A DNA stretch of 64,000 nt from Xylographa opegraphella (Eukaryota). The notes under the pieces were generated by a model. It saw nothing but the letters and a program-made list of their open reading frames with translations, made no database searches and was not told where the DNA came from. The translations under genes and the position numbers were made by a program. This document shows, piece by piece, positions 9,503 through 23,100 of this stretch. How positions within the stretch are numbered: the first letter of the stretch is position 1; each line of letters begins with the position of its first letter. The stretch is taken from assembly GCA_022813865.1 (NCBI GenBank), contig JALDZX010000001.1, positions 682,001 through 746,000 on the forward strand. The letters are read 5' to 3'.

Positions 9503-12500
9503 ATGTAGGTCGGTTGCCCCGGCGGGCCTGGCGGTTGCGGTGATGCGACTTGGAGGCACCGACGGTCGGTCTGGCGTGTATTGCTATCTCGTCGAGGTAG
9601 GTAGCAGGAGCCTACCAGCTTCCAGCGCCGCGAAGTCCGTGACCTTGATGTTTATTGGTGATTGCGCCGTCCAGTGAAAGCGTAGTGCTTTGCGGCGGGG
9701 ATTGTCGAGCATGAGATTGGCTGCCGGGAACGCGCAAATCTGCAGCCCTGTCAATCCACCGGTACGTACTCGATCAAAGATATCTTGGACCGCACCTCCG
9801 ACCGCAGTTGTTCTTGTCAAGGTGTGTCCTTGATCTTCTCACGACGACGATGGTGATGAAGAGGGCGGACGCTTGTGGTTTTGTCGCCTCTGTCGAGGGA
9901 CTAGATACTTCGGGCAAGGCGGAATTGGGCCTCTCTGCAGCGCGGTGGATAGGCGTCACCCGGGTATGCGCTGTCAATTGGGACCGTTGCAACGGCCGGA
10001 AGGAGCCTCAATTGCGGGTTCCTATAACGCCGGAAGTTGTCAGCGGGCGTGGTCCCAACGTCGACGGTTCTGATCGATATTCATACCCAAGTTTAGATTC
10101 CTTGTCTCGTTCCCGCTGAAGGTGAGGCTGTGCGTTTGGTCGAAATGCTCGAAAGCCGGTGGAGGATAGCGTGCGCAGGCCAATGGCGGAGGCAAAAATG
10201 TTCGAGGCTGTCAATTCGTTCTAAGTAGACTGGGAGGCCACCAGTCAGCAGCGGACCAGGTGCTAAATGCGCGGTGAGGCGATAACTGCGAGTCGTGCGC
10301 TGGCACTGCAGGAGTAGTGTGGACAGGGTTGCGCGTACCCTTCTCACGACGACCGGGCAGCGTCCTTCTCGATCGTCTGAACCTCGGTCGAGTGACGTCC
10401 ACAGTGGTGGCAGCTTTGCACACGAGTTGGGGTTGGTCTGTTGATGTACCCTCCGTACGATTGTGGAAAAAAATAAATAATATGGGCGCGTCGGTGGGGG
10501 TATGGGATCTTGCTTTTGTACAAGCGCGGTCGGGTGCGCCGAATGTAAGCTGTGCAGCAAAAGGAATTATGCGACAGCAGCCGTCAGCACGGCGGTGACG
10601 ACGGCGGTGCAGTGTCGAGCGCCAGGCGCTGCTGCTCTGCTTGATCGATATCGAGGCTTCACACTGCGTATGTCAGGTCAGTGATGGGTAATGGCGTCAT
10701 TCATTGCCGTCGCGTCCAACAGCGTGCTCGTGGATCACGATGTGTACCTGGTAGCCGCAACAGAGACAAGTCGTCCAGATTTGGCCGAATGAGAGACTCG
10801 AGCCAGGGCGCAGCTTCGGTTGACTAACCTAATATGCCGGCCACGACACAGGAACGCTCCTCACTGGTTGACGTCGCGATTGAGTCCGTCGTAGGATTTG
10901 GGACGGTGACGGTCACCTGATGATGAGTGGGATGGCCGACAAGCTGCTTGATTGTTGGCTATGGTTTTTTGGGGATTCGCAACGAGGGCCACGGTGGGCT
11001 TTACGGCGATAGGTTCTTTCTCGAGCTGCACTGGAGATCACCCGAAGGTAGCTTTGTAGATTGGGGGGGGAGGGGAAGGGGGGGGGGGTTGTTCGGATCG
11101 TGAAGTGAGGAATCTGATTCGCGAAAGGCGAGTAGGAAGAGTGATTGGAGTGGAGAGCGAGCCAGTGAAGAGAGAAAGAATTCGGGGGGAGTGGGTGGAA
11201 GAGAAGCGTTGCAACTTTTGTGTCAAACAACAGCTACGCTCGGTAGGCTCGTGACTAGCGCCGCACGATTCCGTTGGAACGGCTTGTCGGTGCTGGGATC
11301 AACGTGCAGCTTGGAGCGGGAGAATGGGGAGGACGTTGTTCGACCAATGGAGAGGAGGGAGAGGGTGACAGGCACAAAAGGCAGCCACTTTGAGTCATGA
11401 TCATTACAGTTGAGCTACGAAGTACGGCTGGTTCTTTGCTTTTTCCGTGGCGCCAGGGGGCGGGAAGGAGAGGTGGGGTGGAAGAAAGGTGGCGATGTCA
11501 ACAAGGGCGGTGAGGAGCAGGCGGCAGTGGATGAAGTTCCAACAAGTGTCCAGAGTGGTCAAGCCAGAAGTCGGGACACGCCTCGCACCGATGTCCGTAC
11601 AGTACTCCGTACATGTGTGACACAAGAGAGCGAGCGCCTACCACGATCTCCTTCGTGATGAATGATGATATTAATCTTAAATCTTGTTGATGAAGGATGT
11701 GATGAGATTGAGAATCGAAAAGCGAGCCGCGCACACACACACTCACACCCACACTCGCATTCACGGAACTGTTCGATGCCGATCCGACGGCCCGTCCGAA
11801 GGAAGAACTCGAAACACGTGATGATGATTAATCCTCGCAAAATGGGCGATGGCGCGCGCATTTCTGTGATTCGCGCCCTCGATCGGATTATTTAAAATTG
11901 GTCGATTTGATTTGAATTACTTACTAATACGGGAGTAAGGTAATATTGTTTCGTGGCCTTTCTTCCCCCCCGGCCCCCAGTGACCCCCACCGCTTCTTCC
12001 CCCCCCGAAACCATTGCCGCCCGCCCCAATGATAAAGCCGCGAGCCGGAAACACCCCTACTCCACCACTTCCGAATCCGACTTTCCCCCCCCCCTCCCGG
12101 TCCACCGGCTCTTTCACCGCCCCCCAGCTTCCGCAGCGTGGGCCCTGCTGGCTTTTCGGCTCTGGAGGGGGCAGGAGGGAAACGGGCGCTGATCGCTTCA
12201 ACCAAGCGGACGGGCATCGATGCGGTCATGCAGAACTCGCCAACCTTGCGACAGCGCTTCCGGCTGCGGGTCATCCGTTAGCGGCTGCCAACTCGAGACC
12301 TGCCATGTCGGAGGTGGGTGTGTGTGGTGTGGGTGGTAGGGAGTGGGTGTGGATGCTGCCTCGACACCCAAAGAGCAGGAACGAGAATGGTCAAACACGA
12401 CGCGCCCCCACGTCGTCTGCAGAATATACGCGACAGGAGCGAAAGTAAGAGGGAGGGGGAGGGGTCTGGAGACTGTAGACAGACGTCGGGGAGAGAGGAT

Positions 12501-13188
12501 GGGGGCAACGGGACGAAAAAAAAGCACACTCGGATTTCAGCAACTGGGGTTTTCGTTCGGAGGGATTCACGTCCAAGTCGACGGTGCCTCAATCGCGACG
12601 ATACATGGCCCTTGTTTTTCCCCGTCCGTCCCCCACCTCTTGCCTGAGGTGAGCACACCCTTCTCCAATGTATTCAATTATTGGCGGCTTTATGCATGGG
12701 CGAGCATGGGGCCTCCAAGGCTGCCGCCTTCTGCGGAACATGCACCTTCCCTCGCCCCCCTCCCTCCCTCTCTGCCTGCAACATGGAAAAGAACGTTGCA
12801 CATCAGACCCCACGGGGTACATGGGTTCGGCATGAACATGAACATGACACTGCAGAGGACACCGGCAACGGGGCAATCCTGCAAAACCCCCAATGGATTA
12901 TTTGCGCTGCATGACTCGCGCGAACCACCCCCGAGACGGAGCTGGAACTGGGGTCTTCAACTATCATCAGCCGCATTTGGGGGGGGGGGAGGGGGGGGAG
13001 GGAGGAGGAGGAGGGGGGAAGAGCATCACATCCTCATCCGGCGCAGGGCTGTCAGCAAAAGCAATCTTGTTCAATTTCTCAATAATTTCGTTTCATTGTG
13101 CATTTCGTACATGATCAGCCGTGAATGTATCGCCGCCCCCCCCCCCCCCTCTCACCCGACTTTTTCCCCCAATCTCCCCCCACACCTA

Positions 13189-15037
13189 CTACTCGTCCTC
13201 TTCCACGCCCTCCGGGATGACCTCGCCCTCCTCCTCGCCCTCCTCGAACGTGTCCGCCGGCACCTGGTAGAGCCGGAGCAGCGGCTTGTTCGGGTCCTTC
13301 ACCAGCACGTACTTGCCCTCCGCCATCTTCAGGCACATGTCCACTATCGTCCGCACGATGCCCCAGCCGTTGGCGAGGTTGAGGTTCATCTGTTCCGCAA
13401 ACTTCCGCGGGTCGTACCCGACCACGCCGAGGATGACGTGCCGCTCGTTCGACTTCGGCGTCGCCCGGGACACGAATCTGAAAGGCCGCCGCCGTTAGCA
13501 AGCGGGCCGCAACCTCCGTCGCAACCGGAGGAGCCTTACCCGAGTTTCATCACGTCCGCTTTGGCGAGGATGCTTTGGACCGTCCACCGCGCCAGCTTGC
13601 AACTGTTATTCTTCATCTCCGTAGCCACCACCGCGCCGCGTTGACTCGTCAGCTTCGTCCTCCAGTCGAGTGCGCCTCCGCTGCCTTGCGCCTTGTGGTC
13701 GAACTCGTTGAGCGCTTTCAGCGTGAGGAACTGGTCTTCGCCACTGATGTTGTTCTTCACCACCGCATCCAGCTCGGTGCGTACAATCAGGTGCAGTGGG
13801 TCCTCATCCTTTTCAAGCGAGAGATCGAAGCGTCGGTATTTGTAAGCTTTCGAGGCTAGGGGTTCTGTCTCTTCGCTCGGATTGTAGAATGGGTTCTCGT
13901 GACTCATCTCGTACTTTGAAGTCTCCGATTCTATCACCGTCTGGTTGGCGAAGTTGTGATTGATGAATGTTGCTTCCAGAGCCAGTGCGGTGGGGAAGTT
14001 GATCGTCTCCTTGTTACCTTCTGACGCTTCCAAAGGTGAATCGGCCGCATTTTCATTCACGCTGACCATGTCGAGCGAAGAACTGTCTCGTTTGTCCAAG
14101 TATATCTTATTGCCATGGCGGGTAATAACAATGTCCCATGAATAAACAGACCTCGGAGCACACATGAGCATGGAGAGAATGTTGTCCGTCGCGAATATTG
14201 TAGCCTCATCCTTCTCAGCGAGCTCTTGGATGATTGGGTCGGAGGAGGTAGTGACATTGTAGGCAATTCGGTCAACGACGTTAAGTTTCCTCTCGGTATT
14301 CTTAACTGGCGGTTTGTCGTATGAGCGGTCGTAGTAGTATAGGAAGCCATAGGTATCGATGTCTTCTCCTGCACTTGTCTCGAGATTCAGTTTTGCCAAG
14401 CGGTTGAAGTCAATTTCCTCTAGCATCTGCCAGTCTGGCTTGATATTCACGGACGAGTCCCGGTTGCGCTGCGGCTTGTCGTAGTCCTTCCACCCAAACC
14501 TCCGACCTCGTCCCCCTCCTCGGCCCCCTCGGTTATCGTAATATCCGTTCTGCTGACCGCCACGACCACCCACACGTTGGAACGTGCCTCTTCCACCGCG
14601 TTGATCACGACCACCTCTTCCACGGCCACGGAATATGGTGCCTCCACCACGACCAAAGCCCCGGGTCTTGGTCGACGTTCTGGTATTGTCAACTACCGAG
14701 AAGGACGACTCGTCTTCTGCAACCTGGACGGCGAAAAGACTGGACGTTCCGGCACCGTATACCTGTTGATCTAAAAGCGGCTGGTAAGTCTTACGGGTTG
14801 AATGTATCAACGGGCATCGTTACCTCTGTAGTTTCGATTATACTGTTGTCGACCCCCTCGCCCATCTCGGCCATCTTTTCCTTCAGAGGTCCAATCTGCC
14901 ATTCGCCCCAACTTGTCTCCCTTCGAGTACGCAGCATATGGAACGCCATCGACAAGGGTATCCGTTGTCGTAGTAGGACCCCACGACTCGTCTGAGGGGA
15001 GAGCAGATACTACATCTGCCAATGATATTGGTGCCAT
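13189..15037 (-). CDS. eIF3d: Translation initiation factor eIF3 subunit D
   Basis: [59 protein letters not shown]. Introns at about 14772-14824 and 13479-13539. Confidence 0.95.
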
Positions 15038-15702
15038 GGTTGATAGAGTCAAAAAGCGGTGCGGCGAATTGTTATGCAGCTCAAATGTACAGTGGGATCG
15101 CGTATGTAAAATCTTGGCGCAAGTATCTCCGTAGGGCTGTGCTAGCGAGCCTAGCTTCGTATCGAGACTCCGTCTCGGTACCACCCAACCTCAATGGCCT
15201 CCACTTGGGTTATTCAACGCTTTATTACAAGCATGATTTGATATTGCAACTATCGCTCTGTATTAACATTATGTGACAGCGCTCGAATATGTAGACCCTA
15301 AGACTAAATCAGAGAAGCAGAGCCAAGCGTCACGCTCCAGCCTTTAAGTGTCTATATGGACAGAATATTGCTCCTTATCCACTTAGATAAGTAAGTCATC
15401 GTGTATCTACATTCATGCCATCAAAATCGGAAAGCTCGAATGGGAATAATCAGAAACAAGTTGTAACAAAACGAGAATTCAAGCGAACAAGCCCAGCAAA
15501 CGAAGATAGTAGAAACAGAGAACTTCATTACCATATCTCACTCTTCTCGTACCAGTACCCTGGCGGATTTTCTCCCTATTTCTATCGTCTAAAATAGCCG
15601 ATGATACCTACTCCTTCGGCGGTATCCATACTCTACTAGTTCGCCACAACCTACTCTCCTGTCTCCAGGAATCCTTTATCCTTCGGTACAAACCCTCCTC
15701 AC

Positions 15703-16746
15703 TTATACACGAGCTCTCCTCTCTGCTTCTTCACTGGCCCTCCTTTGATCTCTGCGAGCCCTCACAGTAGCAAGGGCGTCATCCATAGTTGAAAGAAAGA
15801 TCGCGTGCTCGTCTGAATCTTCAAACTCAAGGTCCCGCATGTGTTGAAGGACCTCTAAACGTAGCTCAAGTAGCTGCTGGGAATCCGGCTTCGCAAAGCT
15901 GCCCTGACGGTCTAGATCGTAGTCTTTGGCTGCGTTTCGCTGGTCGACAAAGCTGAGCATCTCTAGGACGACCTGATAGACATAATGTACACCTAAAGTC
16001 GTCACGAAGACAATGAATATGTTTCGATAGTCGGAGGTGGGCGACTCTACATTCTCCAACCAACAAAATAACAGATAAATGCCAAATCCCAGAAGATAGA
16101 GGAGGACTGCGAGATTAAGAAGGACTTTCGGAAGTGCAAATTGCTTTACTGCAGATGCAGAGCTTTCCAGTGGCAGTACCGAGAACGGCCAGGGGTAGCG
16201 TTGCAATCTCTCAGTAGTTGGCTGACCTCGGCTTAGCCAGAGACGGATTTCAAGCGGGTTGTTCAGCATGGAGGCTCTCTGTTGCTGCGAAGTGGCGGAA
16301 ATGACGGACAATATTCCCAGGGCCATGCTACAGGAGAGCAGTGCTCTCGCTGTCCAGTGCGTCTGGTCAAGGTTGGGTAGTCCCAGTGCGCTCAGGCCCA
16401 AACTTGCAAAGATGGCACCCTACATGATTATGTTAGAGGATTAAGTACGTAGAGGCAGCTGACGAACGGCGACCGCTATTGCCGAGCAAGTCGACAGATA
16501 TCCCGTCTTCCATGCTAGAACTTCCTCATCCTTCCAACGGTTGATATCCCAATGATATCTTTGAACTTCGTCCATATCGAGTATGGACAACCAGTGTATC
16601 ATAATACCGGTGACTCCATATCTAGCCCTGTGATAGTCATTTGCTGGATTGAAGACAAGCCTTTGCCATTCTTCGATAGCCGGATACGCATGACCGATGA
16701 TCTGGCTAACGATAGAGAAAACGGCAAGAACTTCAACGCCGGACAT
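15703..16746 (-). CDS. Uncharacterised multi-pass membrane protein
   Basis: Intron 16467-16420 (GTTCGT..CTAAC..TAG) joins ...SAIAVA-GAIFASLGL in frame. About four hydrophobic segments. Confidence 0.7.
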
Positions 16747-17416
16747 GTTAGGACCAAATGATAATTTTGACACGCCTGCTGTTTAATTAATGGGAGGTAA
16801 AGGACGAAAGGTTCTGCTGCCGATAAAATGCACGAAAAGCATGTAAACATTCTGCGAGACCCTCAGCCTCGTCCACATTCGAGGCGTGTCCGCCAAAGAT
16901 TCCCCGCCATTATTATTCGATGCACCCCAACAGTTGTGTTTTCCAATATTCGCGAGCAACACTACAGCGTCAGACAGATGAGTACAGATTAAGGAATAGT
17001 ATCATTGACACTGCTTCACATGGTATATTAGTGAATTGGATTGGATCACTCAAGAAGTACCCCGTTCACGTCCAGAGACTCATTTTACCGACCACGAAGA
17101 GAAAAGTCTCGCTAATGCAGCAGCAAGCTCTTTCGGGCTTAAAACCTACGAGCTCGAGGCGAAATTGGGTCTAAATCGTCGACAGCGAGGGATTTGGAAT
17201 TCATATTGTGGCTTACGAAGCAATTCAAGAAATATCCCGGAGTTAACCATAATTCCGGTGTATTTCCAACGGTAAGTGTGCGACTGCTACCCTCAGTTCA
17301 GAATGCCTCAACAATCTACCAGCAATCCCGCAAGACCCTCGATCTCGAATCTCTTGAAAAGATTTAAGACAGCAGGATCTAATAGTTGAATAGCTTTTGT
17401 CACATACTATCCTACA

Positions 17417-18404
17417 ATGCATCTTATCCTCACAGGTGCGACAGGCCTGGTCGGCTCGGCCTGTCTCCAGCAGATGTTGATGGAGAAGCGGGTAACCAAG
17501 ATCTCGATCCTGAGTCGCAGGCCCGTACCGATGGCTTCCGGTCATGCAAAGGTCCAAGTGATCCCACACAAGGATTTCTCAGCTTACGAGCCGGATGTAC
17601 TTGCAAAGCTCGAGGGTGCCGAGGGATGTGTGTGGGCTCTAGGGACTAGCTCCAACAATGTGAGCAGGAGGTATGCTCCTCTGCACCGCGTATGGTCAGG
17701 GGCATAGCAATGTGGAACTGACGTCCTTTGGTTGGAAAGCGAATATACGGAGATAACCGTTGATTACCCTCTTGTGGCTGCGAAAGCTTTCAAAGGTCTT
17801 TCTTCACCGTTCAAGTTTGTATACGTATCTGGGGAGGGCGCGACGAGTCGTCCAGGAAAGCTCACTCCATATTGTATGTATTTCTGAAGATTTCAACTTC
17901 CATCCAGGCTCAAACCTACGTTTCTAAGACGTGATTTTTTGCCAACATTTGTCGGGTTTTCTACACATGTCTTGAGAGCCGGACATTCTCCCGAGACACC
18001 TCCGTTGAGCTTGAGACCCGTGCACGAGGGATGATGCTAACTCCAACATCTTTCACCAAGATGGCGTTGTGAAGGGGCGTGCGGAAGTGGCTCTTTTGAA
18101 GCTTCACGAAGATAATCCCGATTTCCGGCCGTTCTCGGTACGACCGGCAGTGGTGGATCCATCGGCTCACCCAGAAATACGTTCTTTCATCCCCAAGTTG
18201 CCTCTTTGGCAATCGACACTCAGTGCAGGGCTTGTTCCAGTGCTGAACGGCATATGGAAAAACGGTGTCAGTCCCACTGCCGATCTTGGAAGATATCTCA
18301 CGGAATTGGCCATGGGGGACGGCGAAATGTTGCAGGGCGATGGGGTTGATGGTGATGGCCGCATCGTCAACAATAGGGCGTTTCGGCGCTTGGCGGGCAT
18401 CTGA
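17417..18404 (+). CDS. NAD(P)-binding Rossmann-fold protein (atypical SDR/epimerase-like)
   Basis: LILTGATGLVG, CVWALG, FVYVSG, KGRAE. Exons 17417-17670, 17740-17873, 18061-18404. Confidence 0.85.
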
Positions 18405-20125
18405 TCGAGACATAATCACGATGTAGACGTGCTATTGGATATCAATCGTCCTTGCCATATTAGTTCTTGTATGAAGGAATGTCATAATAATCGTCTCCAT
18501 CGTGCTCGCTCGTGCTGTCTCAGCGTGTACAATACAACACGGTAACACTCGTGACGCCCTGCAGGGTCCATCCCCGCTAAGGTACCTAGGCCGTTGATGG
18601 TCAGCTTTTCTGCATCTTTTCACACTGTGGCTTGCTCAGCAGACGGACAGAGAGTGAGTGATGCGGCGCAAGCGAACCAATCGATGCTGCGCCTAGGCCT
18701 AGGTACCTACTCCGTATGTACCTCATCTATCTTGAGATATGGTACCTACCTTACTACCTACCTCATCTTGCAGTAACCCATCTCACCCACTCTTCCATCA
18801 CGCTTCGAAGAATGCCTTTGCAGGTGGGGGACACAGAGTGTTTGCCATCCGTGCAAACGAGTGGGCCGAGCTCGCCTTCACTCCAGATCAGCAGCGATTG
18901 TCCTTTCCTTTCTGACCCCACAGTTTCGGATGCAGCTGGTGATGCAGTAGTGCCGGCTCCGACACGGCACTGTTGCTCCCAAAGTCGATAGATCCACCGA
19001 TGGCCCAATGGGAAGCCGCACTGCAGGGCCGACAGCAGTAGCGCCGCTGCCAAGCCAGTCGCTGCGAGGCCCGCCAGCAGTTTTGCAGCGTTTGCGCTTG
19101 ACCGATCCGTCAGCAGTAAGGTAGGGTCAGAGGGAAAGAAGTGGGTGGTGCTGCCAGCTGGTCGACGCTTATGAGATCGACCTCTTTGAGACGGCGGGGG
19201 GATCGTCAGTGGTCATCTGGGAACTGATGGGAAACATACGAAGGTATGCATTCCGCCCGTTCCAAATTCGAGGGGAGTCGGCCATGGAGATCGTGGTGAG
19301 ATGGCATGCACGGAACAACTCCATGGAGTCGCTACGCACGGGGCCTGAGAGTTTTTATTTTTTTCGTTTTTTCAACCATCCTTCTGGAGCATCAAGATAG
19401 TGACGGTGTGGTGATGTGTACTTCTGGGGTATGTGCCTGGAAGCCTGGTCGGGCTTTCGATCAACTCGGAGCGATGAGATCGTTTGTCACGCGTAAATGT
19501 AGTTGGTCGTGGATGAGCGGATAATGAGTCTTTGACCGACTCATTATTGGACTGCCATTGCGGTCCGGCCTTGGTCACCTGATCCGCCACCGAAGCGTTT
19601 TGGAGGAAATCAAATAATGGCCAAGAGTGTTGTCACTTATTATTGATAAGAAAGTCGTAGGCCTCCTTTGATACAACGGGGTGCTGTGCGTCTTGTTGGT
19701 AGCTCCGCCCGCGCGGTCTGGAGGCGCATGCTGGTCTCGACAATACTTACCTTTTTCTTACCCCTCCTAACAAATATCCTTCCGACTTTCTCTGTCCCCT
19801 TCCTCACCACCAACCCACTCTCAAAGACTCTATACACTCCCTTCGTTCGCGGTCCTGTATCAGCCAACACATTGATCATTATGACTTGCTAGTGCTGTGG
19901 AGCTGAGAGCTCTCACTGGCTTTCGCAGATATCTTCGGACCACGCACGCAAGAAGAGGACAGTCACAACAACGGCCCAGTCAACACCGTTGTGAGGGCCA
20001 CCATTCGCCAGATTATGTATCCACCACGCTTTCTCTAAGCGGGACGTCTCGACCACCTCAACTATACTGTGGATGGTGATTGCAGCCCTTCCTCGTCCGC
20101 GGGTCGTGCCTCTCGCCGCCTCAAG

Positions 20126-23100
20126 ATGGTCGACCAGGACGAACCTGCTGGCCAGTTTCTTGCTCCGCCGATTCTAGCTGCCATTCGCTCCGATGAGATC
20201 AAGGCACGCGTGCAGATGGAGAGGACGGTGAGCCAGGACATCCGCGAGGAGCGTGCAGATCTCAAAGAGGCGGCGGAGCAGTCCTTGAACGTCATACTCG
20301 ACCTCAGTCTTGATGGAATAGTTCGTTGGGTCAGTCCTTCGTGGCAGGATGTTGTGGGTACGACGACCGATTCAATCCGGGGCAAGCCAATTGCAGCCCT
20401 CATAGTCGACGGCAACGAAATTAGCCCATTCTATGAAGCGGTTGAGTCAATGAAGAAAGATGACTCGAGAAGCCATATCGTTCGTTTCAGGGTTCGGCTT
20501 GGACCACTTTCGGTGCTTGCCCAGAATTCTGTTGATCTTGCTGTTCAAGGAGAGGCCGAGGGCTTTCGTCAAGATGAATCGGAAGAGCTGCAGGAGGAAA
20601 GAACTATAAATCTAGAGGGTCAGGGTATCATGGTATACGATCGATCATCGGGTGGCGAGAGCCATGTAAGTCTACGTGTCCTGCTCGGCAAACCCCTCAC
20701 GCGTTGCTGACCAGTAAAAGACCATGTGGATGATTCGACCCTCCAGTGGTCCTAGAGAAATTACCATTGATCTTCCGGAACTCCTTGTCGAGTCCCTCGG
20801 TTTCGGAGCGGAAGTGCTTGCCGCCTATTTAACAGCACTTGCGGATGTCTCTACAGATGGTCCCGCCAATCATCCTCCGCCTCTTCCAATTCTGTGCCGC
20901 ATATGTGAACGCCAGATTCCTCCCTGGTGGTTCGAGAGGCACTCTGATTTATGTTTACAAGAACACAGAGCTGAAATGGAAGTACAGCTGGCTCACGAGG
21001 CCTTGACCGATCATCGGAACGCTATCGTCAAGGTCTTAGATGCCTTGGAGGCACGGAAAGGACGGCCAACGAGCAACGATCTATCGCCCTCTCCACAATT
21101 GCCTGCAGAATACAAGGGCCTCCCTATTGGCCCGACGTCAAGCCCCTCCCCCAGCGCTTCTGGAAGGGCCTCTCCGGCAACGCCACCCCACTCCAGGGAA
21201 CATTCCAAAACAGGGCTCGGTCACGCTCGTGCCAAGTCTTTTGCCGTAAGGCGACCGCTCTCACGGATTGTTGAGCTGATACTTGATCTCTGTGATACAG
21301 CCATAGAGATCAAGACCCCAATTCTCAGTGAGACGAACCAGAATGCGCTTGGCGAGTTCAGGACGCAGTCACCAGGATCCGAATCTCGCATCTCACAGGT
21401 CCTGGGCTGGCAGACACCAAGCACTAATACTCTAGAGAATGAGCAAGGTCTTGCCGCCTTGAGCGCGGACACAGAGTCACTTGCCAGAGCCAAAGTAGAT
21501 GCTACACTTAGGCATCGCCGAATTATTGAGTACTCGGAGCGCATTCGTATCGAATTCCACGTGCTTGTCCAGACTTGCATTGACGCTGCTTTGCAAAAGG
21601 CAGCTAGCATTCGGGAAGATGGCTTGAGCAGCTCCTCGGAAGGCGAAGATGATGCTGAAACACCGGCGCCGCAAACCACTACGTTCTTTTCTGAATCCTA
21701 CGATGGTTCCTCGGCAATGGCCTCGGCGCTGCGGAATGCCTCTGACCCGTCACTTGCATCGCAGGTAGACAGAAGGCAGTCGATTGCCATTTCCACAGGA
21801 TCAAATAGTCCTCTAGAATGTCCAACGCCACGGTCACATCACTTTGCGGTTGGGGTACTGGGCGGGAGTCGTTCCACCAAAAAGCGTAATTCTATATATG
21901 GAGGCGGCAGCGACGCAGGAGACAGCGATGGCAGCCTTGCTTCATCTATATTCTCTGGAGGTCTGAGGACAGAGTCGCCGGGATCGTCAGAACACGCTCT
22001 GGGCCGTTCAATGAGCTCTCGGGAACGAAAGCGCAGGAGCCTGAAGCTGCCTGGCGTTCCGTCGCCACGACGAGGCCAATCACCCGCCAGAATCATTCCA
22101 CCATCTTCGCCACTCAGACTCTCGAAACCGCGAATTACCAGTGGCACCGAAGCTATTCCCACCCCAATCCATTCGCCCCTGCTGACAAACAATGATCTGA
22201 TTTCGCCAACTGCTTCAACACACGGACACCGCAGGCAATCATCAGTAACTTCATCTGCAGATCTGACCAGGGCTCCTGTCTCACCGAGGCTATCGGCAAT
22301 GAGTCAACCCCAGCAACGAGCTGTACCTCCTTCTATAAAAGATTTTGAGATTATAAAACCTATTAGCAAAGGAGCCTTTGGGAGTGTCTACCTGTCGAAG
22401 AAGAAATCGACCGGTGACTACTTTGCAATCAAGGTACTTAAGAAATCTGATATGGTTGCCAAGAACCAAGTCACAAACGTCAAAGCTGAAAGAGCTATTA
22501 TGATGTGGCAAGGCGAGAGTGACTTTGTTGCGAAGCTATACTGGACCTTTTCAAGTAAGGACTATTTGTATCTCGTCATGGAGTATCTCAATGGTGGTGA
22601 CTGCGCATCATTGGTAAAGGTCCTGGGTGGCTTGCCAGAAGATTGGGCCAAGAAGTACCTTGCGGAAGTTGTGCTTGGGGTGCAGCATCTCCATAGCCGC
22701 GGTATTGTGCATCGAGATCTGAAGCCTGATAATCTTCTCATCGACCAAAAAGGGCATTTGAAACTGACAGACTTTGGCCTGTCACGAATGGGCTTGATCG
22801 GGCGCCAAAAACGACTTTTGAGGAGCCCGCACGACTCTGTTCCAGACTTGCTAAAGCATGGCCCTTTCGCACGGCCGCCGTCGATGACTTCTTCGCGATC
22901 TGCGTCTTTCGATTTCCAAGGCACCCATTCACCATCCTGCACGCCTGTCATGACCCCGGACTTGGCAGGCCAACTTGGTCAACCATCCTATTTCAGTCTG
23001 AATCGAGACACGATCCTTAGCCGGGATCAATCCCGACGAGCCTCTGGTTACCGCAGTGACAGCGGTAGTAGCGACACATTCAACAACATGTTCAAAGCGT

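Noticed and set aside
9650..12030. CCAAT boxes upstream of hapB as autoregulation sites
   Set aside because: About ten 5-mers over 2.4 kb on both strands is only modestly above chance, so sequence alone cannot support it.
12343..13644. 433-aa plus-strand ORF
   Set aside because: Low-complexity intergenic DNA plus antisense to the GC-rich 3' end of eIF3d; no recognisable domain.
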